Source: Octopus sinensis
Lineage: Eukaryota
Assembly (NCBI RefSeq): GCF_006345805.1
Contig: NC_043003.1
Location: 94,612,001 to 94,676,000, forward strand
DNA: 64,000 nt
Reading direction: 5' to 3'
The position numbers were made by a program, and so were the translations under genes. Of the stretch, positions 1 through 12,560 are shown in pieces (position 1 is the stretch's first letter; each line of letters begins with the position of its first letter). The notes beneath the pieces are model-generated. The model searched no databases. It was not told the origin of the DNA and saw only the letters and a list, made by a program, of their open reading frames with translations.

Positions 1-349
1 TGTATATATATATATATCCATACCAGCAAGGAAAGCAGACATCAAACGATGGTGATGATATATACACACACATGAATATGAGTATATATGCATATACATT
101 TGTGAGAGTGTGCGTGTGTGTGTGTGTGTGTGTATCACTTCTTTGTTGTCGTTAAGTTCAGTTCTCTGATATCTCAATGTCTTCTTCCTCAAACATTTGT
201 TCTCAAAGACAAAACAGGCACCTTCATGTCTTCCAGTTTGGCAGACCAATTAACTACGGTGCAGATTAGTGATGATAAATGCATTGAGAGATTACGAGAA
301 ATATAAAAAAAAGAACAAATAGGAGATGTGGATGGAGAGGAGTGAGGAG

Positions 350-730
350 AATTCACCATCATCATCAGCATCAGTCATGAATCAATGTTGCTGCCATTAT
401 CATCATCATCATCACCATCACCACCAACCACTGCCTCTACCACCAACACCACCACCACCATCATCACCATCGATAGCATCACCAATGCTGCCATCATTGT
501 TGTTGTCATCATCATTTTAATCATCATCACCACCATACCTCAAACATCATCATCATCGTCCCCATCACCACTACCATTGTCATTGTTGCTCTTCATCATC
601 ATCATCCTCATCATCATCATTGTCCTCACTATCACCACCACCACCACTATCATCATCATCACCACCACTGCCGTCATCATCATCATTACCACCATCACCA
701 TCATCATAGCAGCAATGATAATGATATCAC
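350..730. repeat. Degenerate (CAT/CAC)n trinucleotide tract
   Basis: Direct reading; source of poly-His/Ile/Thr pseudo-ORFs. Confidence 0.9.
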
Positions 731-853
731 TCCTGCTATCATTAAAACTGATTGTATATCTCTCCCATAGTGACATGGATTGCAAAATTCCAATGTTTAG
801 CTTTAATTAATTCTCTATAAATATATATACATATACATACATACATAGATATA

Positions 854-889
<36 letters not shown>

Positions 890-1130
890 CACACACACAC
901 ACACACACATAATATATACCTACATACACACACACACACCACATATATATATACCTACATACACACACCCACACACACATAATATATATATATATATATA
1001 TATATAATATAATATATATATATATATATATATAATATATATATGTAGGTCCCGGGTTGATTCGGGGTTAACCACAGTAAATAAGGTACTCAATACATAG
1101 CAGAGTAAAATTAATTTATTATATAGAAGG

Positions 1131-1181
1131 AGCTTCTACAGGACTAGAACTGTTTCATTCAAGAGAAATCTTCAGGAAGCT
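1131..1181 (-). ncRNA. Type I hammerhead ribozyme motif (Penelope-like pLTR type)
   Basis: Minus strand: AGCTTC-CTGAAGA-TTTCtcttGAAT-GAAA-CAGttctagtcCTG-TA-GAAGCT. Stem I is 6 bp perfect, stem III 4 bp, cleavage triplet GUA, AATAAA about 15 nt downstream. Stem II has a T-T closing mismatch. Confidence 0.7.
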
Positions 1182-1829
1182 AGTTAACAAGAATTGTATT
1201 GGCATTTATACATTTAGGCAGGTTTAAAGGGGTGTTGGTGGGGGACTTTTTGGGGGTAGGCATAGCGCAAAATATCATACTTGGGGGAGTGGTCAAGGAG
1301 TCAGTGTTAAATTAGATAGAAGAATAAATAAAAAAATAAAAAAATAAATAAAATAAAAAAATAAAAAAATAAAAAAATCTATATATAAAAAAAAATATAT
1401 AATAAAAAAATAAAATAAAATAAAAAAAAAGGGGAATAGAGTTTTAGGTAAATAAGGAGATTCTCACTTATACCTATGCACACATGTATACATACATACA
1501 CACACATACAAACATATATACATATACATACACACATACATACACACACATATATATACATACATATACACTTACACATACACATACATATACATAACTA
1601 CACATACACATATATGTATACATACACACACTCACATGCATACACGTATACACACATGTATAATACACACACGACCACATATACATATACGCGCAGAAAA
1701 ATATATATACACATACACTCACATACACCATACACACACATATCCACACACACACATGCACACACAGCACACTAGTCCCTATATACACATATATACACAT
1801 ACACACACATATACACCACTACATACTAT

Positions 1830-1860
<31 letters not shown>

Positions 1861-2210
1861 CATATGTGTACCTATGCATACCTACACATACACACATATG
1901 TACATATATATACACATACAAATACAGACCCATTCCCTAATTTTAATTTTATTATCTTCGTTTATTACTTTTGTTATCTTTGGCCGCTTGGTCACAAACA
2001 TCTTGGCTATGACAGCCAGTCAATTTTTCTGTCTACTGGAAAACAAGCACTCATTCACTCACGCACACTCTTTAGCACGTACACTCACTCATTCGTACAC
2101 TCATACACATACACGCACGCACGCGTTATATTCATACATACATACATCTACATACATTCACGTATATACACATACGTACATATATATATATATATATGTA
2201 TATATTGTGA

Positions 2211-2258
<48 letters not shown>

Positions 2259-2678
2259 ATTTTGTATGTAGGTGTACATGTAGTGTTGTGTATTTATATT
2301 TATTGGTGTATATATATAGACTAGCCTTCTAAGAGTGTAGACATGAATCTGTAGGTACGCGTACGTATGTGTATATATGTGAATGTATGTAGATGTATGT
2401 ATGTATGATATAACGCGTGCGTGCGTGTATGTGTATGAGTGTACGAATGAGTGAGTGTAGGTGCTAAAGAGTGTGCGTGAGTGAATGAGTGCTTGTTTTC
2501 CAGTAGACAGATAAATGGACTGGCTGTCATAGCCAAGATGTTTGTGACCAAGCGGCCAAAGATAACAAAAGTAATAAACGAAGATAATAAAATTAAAATT
2601 AGGGAATGGGTCTGAATTTGTATGTGTATATATATGTACATATGTGTGTATGTGTAGGTATGCATAGGTACACATATG

Positions 2679-2711
<33 letters not shown>

Positions 2712-3346
2712 ATATGTATGTATGTGTGTGTATATGTGTGTGTATGTGTATATATGTGTATATAGGGACTAGTGTGCTGTGTGTGCATGTGTGTGTGTGG
2801 ATATGTGTGTGTATGCGTGTATGTGAGTGTATGTGTATATATATTTTTCTGCGCGTATATGTATGTGTGGTCGTGTGTGTATATATACATGTGTGTATAC
2901 GTGTATGCATGTGAGTGTGTGTATGTATACATATATGTGTATGTGTAGTTATGTATATGTATGTGTATGTGTAAGTGTATATGTATGTATATATATGTGT
3001 GTGTATGTATGTGTGTATGTATATGTATATATGTTTGTATGTGTGTGTATGTATGTATACATGTGTGCATAGGTATAAGTGAGAATCTCCTTATTTACCT
3101 AAAACTCTATTCCCCTTTTTTTTTTTTTTATTATTTTTTTTTTTATATATAGATTTTTTATTTTTTATTTTTTTATTTTATTTATTTTTTTATTTTTTTA
3201 TTTATTCTTCTATCTAATTTAACACTGACTCCTTGACCACTCCCCAAGTATGATATTTTGCGCTATGCCTACCCCCAAAAAGTCCCCCACCAACACCCCT
3301 TTAAACCTGCCTAAATGTATAAATGCCAATACAATTCTTGTTAACT

Positions 3347-3396
3347 AGCTTCCTGAGATTTCTCTTGAATGAAACAGTTCTAGTCCTGTAGAAGCT
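3347..3396 (+). ncRNA. Hammerhead motif copy in right arm of the inverted repeat (core has a 1-nt deletion)
   Basis: AGCTTC-CTGAGA-TTTCTCTTGAAT-GAAA-CAGTTCTAGTCCTG-TA-GAAGCT; CTGAAGA is reduced to CTGAGA. Confidence 0.5.
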
Positions 3397-3406
3397 CCTT
3401 CTATAT

Positions 3407-3450
<44 letters not shown>

Positions 3451-3552
3451 TAATATATGCATACTTGTATATATTTATATATGTATATATATATGTATGC
3501 ATATGTGTGTGTGTGTGTTTGTGTGTGTATTTCATCCTGCTCTGAAATAAAC

Positions 3553-3583
<31 letters not shown>

Positions 3584-4009
3584 CCACTGCTGCTGATGCT
3601 GCTACTGCTGTTAGAGGCTGTGCTGGCAGTTGTGATGACTTATCTAAGATGACATAAACCAAGGCTGTAGTGTTCAAGTGCAGACAGAGTTTGCTGTTAT
3701 TTCTAGAAAGCTGAGTAACCTTGTAAAGGCTTCTTCAATGGATAAATCTCTAGGGACATCATCTGCTTCAACTAATTAAAAATATGAGGGTGTTTATTTA
3801 GTAGGGTCTTGTTCAACTGTCATCATCAAGATAACATAGATTACACATATCTGTATAGATATTTAGGATTATTCACCTGATGGCAAATAACTGACATTAA
3901 GTTACAGAAGAAATCTAAATAAATCAGCACAAATAAATAAGTAGATAAAGAAATTTATTATGAATTAATTAACGAATCTAACTTTGCATTATTATAGCAT
4001 TCTTAACGG

Positions 4010-4230
4010 CAGCAAGCTGTCAGGCTTGTTAGTATGCTGGGCAAAATGCTTAGCAGTATTTTGTTTGTTTTTACATTCTGAGTTCAAATGCTGCCAAGAT
4101 AGACTTTGCCATTCATCCTTTCAGGTTTGATAAAATAAATATTAGTTGGACACTGAGGTTGGTTTAATTGACTTAGCACCTTCCCAGAAATTACTGGCCT
4201 TGTGCCAAAATTTGAAACTCATTATTGTGC
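4010..4230 (+). mobile_element. Degenerate SINE family E
   Basis: Matches GGCAAAATGCTTAGC...TTCTGAGTTCAAAT...CATCCTTTCAGG..ATAAAAT motifs of the copy at 30513. Confidence 0.65.
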
Positions 4231-4299
4231 TTGACCTATTGAGTCAAGTACATCAACATCAAAATAAATATCAAATGGAAATTGTAGTTGTGATACCTC

Positions 4300-4615
4300 T
4301 GCCGGTGGCACATAAAAAGCATCATCTGAATGTGGCCAATGCCAGCACCACTTTGACTAGCTTCCATGCCGGTGGCACGTAAAAAGTACCAACTGACTGT
4401 GGCCACTGCCAGCCTCCCCTGGCACCTGTGCCAGTGGCACGTAAAAAGCACCCACTACACTCACGAAGTGGTTGGTGTTAGGAAGGGCATCCAGCTGTAG
4501 AATCACTGGCAGATCAGACTGGGCCTGGTGCTGCCTCCTGGCTTCCCAGATCCCAGTTGAACCGTCCAACCCAAGCTAGAATGGAAAACAGATGTTAAAC
4601 GATGATGATGATTGA
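4300..4615 (+). mobile_element. RTE-type 3' tail element (family B) ending in (GAT)n
   Basis: TGGTTGGTGTTAGGAAGGGCATCCAGCTGTAGAA...CAACCCAAGCTAGAATGGAAAACAGATGTTAAACGATGATGATG. Confidence 0.85.
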
Positions 4616-6207
4616 TGATTATTATAGCATTCTTGTGGCAGGATGCAGGCAGAACCATTAGTTCATGTGAAAAATGCTATGCTACATTTGTTCTCACTCT
4701 TTACATCCCGAGTTCAAATATTACCGCTGACATATATTTTAATGAAGTATAATTTTTTCTAAGAATTTTTGAAGAAATAAAAAAAAATAAGCAAAAACTA
4801 AGAAATCATTAAAAAATAAGGGAAATTGAATGAAAATTGTAGTTAACCCACGTAGCATCTGTGGATTGCCCTGCTATTTGCACATTAATTTCATGAGCAG
4901 GCTGTTCTGTTGATTGGATCAACTGGAACACTCATCATCATAACCAACGCCAGTCTGATTTGGCATGGTTTCTATGGTGGGTGCCCTTTCTAATGCCAAT
5001 CACTTTATAGAGTGTGATGTGTAGTTTTACATGGCACTGCATGGGTGCTTTTATGTGGCACCACATGGGTACTTTTGTGCGGCATCACACAGGTCCTTTT
5101 ACATGACACTGTGGGGATACTTTTATGAGACATTACCATGAGTGCCATTTTTTTTTACATTCTGAGTTCAAATCCCTCCAAAAATCAACCATGCTTTTTA
5201 TCCTTTCAGGGTCAATAAATAAAAGCACCAATCAAGTGCTGAGGACAATGGCATCGACTAAACCCCTAACCCCCAAATTTATGTCTACATAAAAAATAAG
5301 TTTTGAAACAATTTCAAAGTGATGGGCAGGTCAAATCATTAGAACTTCAGGAAAATGCTTTGTGGTATGTATTCTGGTGTTTTACGAACTGAGTTGAAAT
5401 CTAACCCCTTTGGAGTTTTGAAGTCAATAAAATAAAGTACTTTTCACTCTTATGGAGTCAATACAATAAAGTACCTTTCACACTTTTGGAGTCAATAAAA
5501 TAAAGTACCAATCAAAGACTAAGGTCCATTGACTAACCTTGTCCCCTCAAAAATATTGGCCTCCTGCTTAAATCAGGAACCACTCTTTGTAACCATCTTA
5601 GTATTATCCATTGTACTTCATGGAGCTACGTCTACAGATTTTATTACAGCTAGATACCATTCCTATTACTGGTCACTGTGACAGAAAGAACAAAGTGTTT
5701 TTGAAATATCTACGCGTAGAATTATATTTAACACGTTCATGTTTTTTGTCCTAGTGCCATCACAACAGAAGTTATCTTTCTAGACTTGGTGTTTGTTCCA
5801 CTCCATAAAAGTGTACCAGACATATTAATCACATAAGCCAGTGCTTATCAATTCAAATTACCAGCATTGAAATAACAAACTATAAGACCAATATATAAGC
5901 CATTTGAAGAATACATCAATATATATACTATATATTCATCATGTATATACTATGTGTGTATGAGTATGTTTTGTGTGTATGTGAATGTATGTACCTTTTA
6001 TGTAAGCATGTGCTGTATATATATATATATATATATATATGTTGTGTATATATATATATATGTGTGTGTATATATATATATATATTATATATATATATAT
6101 TATTACCGGAGTAAACACATAAATGTGAAACAAGGTGAAAAAAGAGTATCAAATACCAGGGGTAGAGTAATATGCTTTATTTAAAAGCAACAGAAATTCA
6201 ACAAAAC

Positions 6208-6245
6208 CTGTTACTCGGAGTTTCACGTTCCCGTTCGTCGGACAG
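6208..6245 (-). ncRNA. Minimal type I hammerhead ribozyme
   Basis: Minus: CTGT-CCGACGA-ACGggaaCGT-GAAA-CtccgaG-TA-ACAG. Stem II is 3 bp with a GGAA tetraloop, triplet GUA, AATAAA downstream. The core has C instead of canonical U at position 4. Confidence 0.75.
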
Positions 6246-6268
6246 TTTTTTTTTTCTTTTTAACAAAA

Positions 6269-6306
6269 CTGTCCGACGAACAGGAACGGGAAACTCCGAA
6301 TAACAG
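6269..6306 (+). ncRNA. Degenerate hammerhead (inverted partner of 6208-6245)
   Basis: CTGT-CCGACGA-ACAGGAACGG-GAAA-CTCCGA-ATA-ACAG, with mismatches in stems II and III. Confidence 0.45.
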
Positions 6307-6358
6307 GTTTTGTTGAATTTCTGCTGCTTTTAAATAAAGTATATGTGTGTGTGTGTGT

Positions 6359-6403
<45 letters not shown>

Positions 6404-6496
6404 TGTATATATACATATATATTTGCATGTGTGTGTGTATATGCATATATACATATATATACATATATAAATATATATATGCATATATATACTGTA

Positions 6497-6693
6497 AGCA
6501 CCAGAGTTGCTGTGTGGTAAGAAGCTTGCTTTCCAATCACATGGTTCTGGGTTCAATCACTGTGTGGAACCTTGGGCAGGTGTCTTCTACTATAGCCTCA
6601 GGCCAACCAAAGCCTTGTGAGAGGATTTGGCAGATGGAACGTGAAAGAAGCTCATCGTATATATATATATATAAATATATATATATATATTAT

Positions 6694-6759
<66 letters not shown>

Positions 6760-7000
6760 TATATATATATGTATATAGGTATGTATGTATTTATTTGGGT
6801 CTCTGTTTGTCCTTCTCCATCCACTTGACAACTGATGTTAGTGTGGTTACATCCCCATTATTAGTAGTTCAGCAAAAAGACTGATAAATAAGAACTAGGC
6901 TTACAAAGACTACTCTCTGGTGCTGATTATTCAACTAAAGGTGTTGCTCCAGCATGACCACAGTCAATGACTGAAACAAGTAAAACAATAAAGAATAAAA
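6497..7000 (+). mobile_element. tRNA-derived SINE family A with expanded internal (TA)n
   Basis: GCTGTGTGGTAAGAAGCTTGCT...GGTTCAATC head, GGGCAGGTGTCTTCTACTATAGCC body and CCAGCATGACCACAGTCAATGACTGAAACAAGTAAAA tail. Confidence 0.9.
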
Positions 7001-7944
7001 GAATATTCATATATATATATATATATTGTGTGTATATATATTATATATTATATATAGTATATATAATGATATATATATATATATATATAAGTATATATTT
7101 ATGGGTGTGTCTTTGTGCTTGTGATTGTGACCCCCATGCACCATTGCTTGACAATAGATTAAATACTGCAAAATATAAATCCTGGGGTCATTTTCTTTGG
7201 CTAAAATAACCATTTAAGGCAGTGCTCCAGCATGACCAAAGTCAAATGACTCAAACAAGTAAAAGAAAGGATATATATACTATCCGACCCATTAGTCCAA
7301 GAGGACGTTAAATGATGATAATGATGCATGTGTGTGTATGTGTGTATGTGTGCACGTGTGTGTGTGTGTGTGCATGCATGTGTATGTGTGCACGCATGTG
7401 TATGTGTGCACGCATGTGTGTGTGCACGCATGTGTATGTGTGTGTGTATGGCACAGCAGTGATGATGATAATGACAGTGATCATAGCATTGTCTCATCCT
7501 TCCAGATTCTGAGTTCCAACCTTCTTACTACCAAGATCAACTTGACCCATCACTCACCCACCTCACCCTCGTCCCCCACCCTGCTCCATCATCTCATACA
7601 GGCTCCCATTGAATAAATGCCAGAAATACTACTTGAGTCGACTCAGTCAACTACCTTTATTCCCTTGCAGTAAATTCACTGGCTGTGTGCCTAGAGGAGG
7701 TGGGACGGGGGAAGAAAAAAAATTATTATATATCTTACATCACAAACAGATTTCAGGAAAAAATATTCCAAATGTTTGTTGCTTCACAAGTGAGATGAAT
7801 GAAGAAATATAACAGGAAACTACTTCAGTATTCAGCTGACTGGTGGCTTTCCAAAGATATAGATAGAGATATTTAAGTTAATGTTTATTATTATAACAGT
7901 GTACAGTCAAAACAAATGCATCACACAACAGTACTGATACTTTA

Positions 7945-8268
7945 TACTCTTTTACTTGTTTCAGTCATTTGACTGCGGCCATCCTGGAGCACCGCCTTTA
8001 GTCGAGCAAATCGACCCCAGGACTTATTCTTTGTAAGCCCAGTACTTATTCTATCGGTCTCTTTTGTCGAAACGCTAAGTGACGGGGACGTAAACACACC
8101 AGCATCAGTTGTCAAGTAATGCTAAGGGGACAAACACAGACACACAAACACACACACTTATATATATATATATACATATATACGATGGGCTTCTTTCAGT
8201 TTCCGTCTACCAAATCCACTCATAAGGCATTGGTCAGCCCGGGGCTATAGCAGAAGACACTTGCCCAA
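7945..8268 (-). mobile_element. SINE family A, 5'-truncated, young
   Basis: TACTCTTTTACTTGTTTCAGTCATTTGACTGCGGCCATCCTGGAGCACCGCC...; CpGs retained. Confidence 0.9.
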
Positions 8269-8270
8269 TA

Positions 8271-8543
8271 AAATCCAATTTTATAGTATAAATATATTAT
8301 ATTATATTATATATTCATCTTTGAAGATATTCCAATACCTTCTAGGAAAGAATATATTTTGAAACTTATTAATAATATTAAGGATTTTAAATTATTTAAA
8401 TAATTTTTTATTTCTAACTTTTATATTTTAAATTAATTTTATGTATTGGCTTATGTTTTTCACTGTTTGATTTGCCTAATAGTGGTTTTATCTCTAATTT
8501 AATTTAATATAATATAATATATTTATACTATAAAATTGGATTT
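8271..8543. repeat. AT-rich inverted repeat, 39-bp perfect arms (8271-8309 / 8505-8543)
   Basis: aaatccaattttatagtataaatatattatattatatta and its reverse complement. Confidence 0.8.
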
Positions 8544-9069
8544 AATCCTAAATCTCATTTTTCCCTGTAAGTTTGGATTTATTCCCTAATATTATTATTA
8601 TTATTATATATATATATATTATATATTATATATATATGTGTGTGTGGTGTGTGTGTGGGTAAATATATATGCAACAAGCATATATATTTATCTTGTCCAA
8701 GATACCATGCAGTGGGGACTGAACCTGGAACCATATGGTTGGGGAACAAACTTCATACCACAAAGCCACGCCTGTGTTTATGTATATATTTTTGTATCTC
8801 TGTATCTTTGTATGCCTCTATGTGTGTGTGTGAGTGAGTGTGTGTGTGTGCGTGTGCGTGCGCATGTGTGTGTGTTTGTATGCAAGAAGTATCTTATGTA
8901 TTGAACTTAATGATGTATACAGTCAACAAAATTAACAAGTGTGCCAACAGTGTTTAATTTTAATTACTAAACTTTACTCAGGGGTTTATACATGAATTTT
9001 TTCCATCATTGCATTTATAAATAAATCAAATTTTATTAGATATGTATGGCAGTTAATATAACGTAGGAG

Positions 9070-9114
9070 ACTGCTGATGAGACTATAATGAGACTTGAAA
9101 CAGCTGTCCATAGT
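9070..9114 (+). ncRNA. Degenerate type I hammerhead motif
   Basis: actg-CTGATGA-gactataatgagactt-GAAA-CagctG-TC-catagt. Palindromic CAGCTG stem III, GUC triplet, AATAAA about 12 nt after the motif; stems I and II imperfect. Confidence 0.5.
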
Positions 9115-9636
9115 GATGTTGTAAAAATAAAACAGAACATGACAGATGTTTGCGTCATTATGTAATTAATAAATTCTATTAATTTATGAAAGCAGTGATG
9201 GATAAAAACTGTTGGTATAAATTCAAAGTTTAATTGTAAACTGTTTGATAGTAACCAAAATGGTTTATCAAATGAAACTGTAGTTTAAGAACCTAATCTG
9301 ACACTTAACAGATACCAAACTATACATACTTTCAATACACTGTTATACATATATGTATGTATGTATTATATATATATTATATATATATATTATTATATGT
9401 GTGTTTGAGTGTGTGTGTGTGTGTGTGTGTGTATGTATATGTACATATATGTTTATTGCCGCCCCTTTGCAAATATAAGACACAGAAAATGTGTCAAAGC
9501 CGACTGGAACGTTGATGTTTCCTAGGGCTAAATGCGGTGGTGGTAATTCCCTTATGGGACTGTCATATTGAGTTTACAGTATACGACCACTATATATATA
9601 TATATGTATATGTATATGTATATGTATGTATGTATC

Positions 9637-9697
<61 letters not shown>

Positions 9698-9924
9698 TAT
9701 ATCTATGTGTGTGTGTCTTTGTGTCTGTGTTTGTCACCCCATCACCACTTGATGACCAGTGTTGGTGTGTTTACGTCCCCATAACTTAGTAGTTCAGCAC
9801 AAGACACCAATAGAATAAGTACTAGGCTTAAAAAAAAAGAGTCCTGGAATCGATTTGTTCAACTAAAACCCTTTGAAGGCAGTGCTCCAGCATGGCCACC
9901 ATAAAGTGACTAAAACAAGTAAAA

Positions 9925-10217
9925 GAAACATTTGTTCACATACAGAGTTGCTGAAGCATGGAAGAAACTACCTGCATCAGTTGTTAGTTGCCGAGACATT
10001 GCATCCTTTAAAACCTCCGTGATTCCTGAAATTCGCCAACGCTACACCTGATATTCCACCAACTCCATAACCATGCACACGTGTTTATCATGACTCATAG
10101 ACTGTTCACATTCTTGACTTTTGTACATAATTCTATGTACTGTACATGCATTTTTGATGAGTTGTAGTGCACCTGAGCACTATACACAATAATTTCATTA
10201 TTATTATTATTATCATT
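9925..10217 (+). mobile_element. CR1/L2-type LINE 3' end (ORF2 C-terminus, 3' UTR, (ATT)n tail)
   Basis: Translates KHLFTYRVAEAWKKLPASVVSCRDIASFKTSVIPEIRQRYT*, matching the typical 'FFS.RV...WN.LP..VV...S...FK' CR1 terminus, followed by a (TTA)n tail. Confidence 0.8.
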
Positions 10218-10470
10218 ATACTTACCTGTAGAAATCATTTATATGATTTATATGTAAGCTAGTGCAAGTTTCATGCCTCAGATAATGAAGTAGTTGAAAA
10301 AGTTTGTATAGTATGGTGAGTATTATCAGGTAATCAATCTGGCTCGAATATGAGAGCTGAATGACTGTCCAATAATAACATCTTGTATGTAGATCTTGTT
10401 TATATTAAATGGTATCTTTAGCTTTCACTTTATGGACTGCTTTTTTCTGTTGATCCCACTGAACAATATG

Positions 10471-10512
<42 letters not shown>

Positions 10513-10722
10513 ATGAGAGAGAGAGAGAGAGTGTGTGTGTGTGTGTGAGTGTGTGTGTAAGTGTGTGTGTGTGTGTGTGTGCATGAGAGAGAGAGAGAGT
10601 GTGTGTGTGAGTGTGTGTAAATGTGTGTGTGTGTATATATGTGCATATATATTTATATATGTATGTATGTATGCATGTATGTATGTATGTATGTATGTGT
10701 GTATATTTATATATGAATATAC

Positions 10723-10753
<31 letters not shown>

Positions 10754-10940
10754 TGTACTATAGTATATATATAAAATACAAAGGTGACAAGACGCAAAAC
10801 ATCCGGACAACTAGGTTATACAAAAGGGACAACAAAACATCCAGATAGACAATTCATAAAAAAGCACATAAATGTGAAACAAGCTGGGAAAAAATAGTAC
10901 TTGAATACCAGAGGTAGAGTAATACGCATTATTATTAAGC

Positions 10941-11067
10941 TGCAAAAACATCACAAAAATCTGCTACTCAGAGTTTCATGTTCAAATTTCATCAGACAGT
11001 TGTCCAATGAAAGGGATCGTGAAACTCCAAGTAGCAGTTTTTGTGATGATTTTGTGATGTTTTTGCA
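10941..11067. mobile_element. Inverted pair of decayed hammerhead motifs, same family as 6170-6343
   Basis: Minus 10961-10999: CTGT-CTGATGA-aatttgaacat-GAAA-CtctgaG-TA-GCAG. Plus 11000-11037: tgt-CCAATGA-aagggatcgt-GAAA-CtccaaG-TA-GCAG. Left flank (cacataaatgtgaaacaag...gaataccagaggtagagtaata) is homologous to 6115-6172. Confidence 0.75.
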
Positions 11068-11108
11068 CACACATATTTATATACAAACGTACATATATAT
11101 ATATATAT

Positions 11109-11163
<55 letters not shown>

Positions 11164-11634
11164 CATCAACATCAAAAAACTCAAATGGAAATTGTAGATG
11201 TGATACCTGTGTTGGTGGCACGTAAAAAGCACCATCTGAACATGGCCATTGCCAGCCTCGCCTGGCACCTGTGCCGGTGGGACGTAAAAAGGAACCACTA
11301 CACTCACGGAGTGATTGGCTTTAGGAAGGGCATCTACTTATCCTCTTTGTGATTTTGGTTAATAGAAAAACTATACAAATGAATCCTTCGAATTTAACTA
11401 AATTCTATATTTTTATGCAGCTGAAGATTGCTCTATATTTTAAAATTGATGTAATATTTGCATTATTCAATTAAATGGAGTCTCATGAAACAATCGTACT
11501 GCATTACCTCTGGATATCCTTGTTGCTTATTTTGATTGTAATCACCCCATCTTGAATTATATGGATAATACCATACTAAATTCTGGTGCCTTTAACTTAA
11601 GTACCATATTCAACTGAATCTAAATTTTACTGAA

Positions 11635-11728
<94 letters not shown>

Positions 11729-11759
11729 TGTATGTATGTATGTATGTATGCATGTATGT

Positions 11760-11990
11760 TACATAAAAAAGCACCATTCGTGTGTAGCTGATGCCATTGC
11801 CAGTGGCACATAAAAAACACTCTCGGAGTGGTTGGCATTAGGAGGGGCATCCAGCTGTAGAAACCTTGCCAGAACAGATTGGAGCCTGGTGCAGCCGCCT
11901 GGCTTGCCAGTCCTCAGTCAAACCGTCCAACCCATGCCAGCATGGAAAGCAGACATTAAACAATGGTGATGATGATGATGATGGTGATAT
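11760..11990 (+). mobile_element. RTE-type 3' tail (family B)
   Basis: GTGGTTGGCATTAGGAGGGGCATCCAGCTGTAGAAACC...CCAACCCATGCCAGCATGGAAAGCAGACATTAAA(GAT)n. Confidence 0.9.
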
Positions 11991-12560
11991 CATCATCATC
12001 AGTTAATCTCTCACACACACACACATGTACCCACACACAGATATGTACATACACACATACACATCATGCACACACACACACGCGAGGACATGCACTCAAA
12101 ACAAAACCTTCTATAAGAATTAAGTACCCTGAAATAATAACCATTAACAATGTTATATAAGACGAAGAAAATTACAAGTGCAATCCACTTGTTTACTTTT
12201 AGGGTCAGGTTCATTCCATTAGTCTTACAGCAAAACAGTACCTTCCTCTGTTTTTTTCAACAAGATTTATCATGGCCCAAACTACTATAAATAACTGGCA
12301 TTTGCACATTATATCTCTCTTTTTCTCACCCATGAGTACTAAACATACAAAATGCTAATTTATGACCGAAGTCAGTTTAATTAGACAATTATTGTAACAT
12401 CTACCAGTATATATTTCTTTTCCCAGTATATTAAGATACATAACTGCATACGCATACACGTTACACACACACACACACGTGTATGTGTATACAAATATAC
12501 ATTATATACATACATACACACATACACACACATATGTATACATACAACACGCACATAAAT

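Larger units (their letters stand above)
1116..3411. repeat. Large inverted repeat: ~1.06-kb arms (1116-2179 / ~2351-3411), ~170-bp spacer
   Basis: Unique segments match as reverse complements, e.g. 1121-1330 vs 3200-3406, 1430-1480 vs 3065-3115 and 1925-2100 vs 2430-2600, with only scattered indels and substitutions. Confidence 0.95.
6170..6343. repeat. ~80-bp-arm inverted repeat carrying a hammerhead motif on each arm
   Basis: atatgctttatttaaaagcaacagaaattcaacaaaacctgttactcggagtttc... vs ...gaaactccgaataacaggttttgttgaatttctgctgcttttaaataaagtatat. Confidence 0.9.

Noticed and set aside
118-371. Possible exon in the unique stretch at the window start
   Set aside because: No recognisable protein or convincing splice-site pair in any frame.
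1379-3152. Long HTHIY/MCVY ORFs (and dozens like them across the window)
   Set aside because: Translations of (CA)n/(TA)n/(ATGT)n microsatellites, open in several frames and on both strands.
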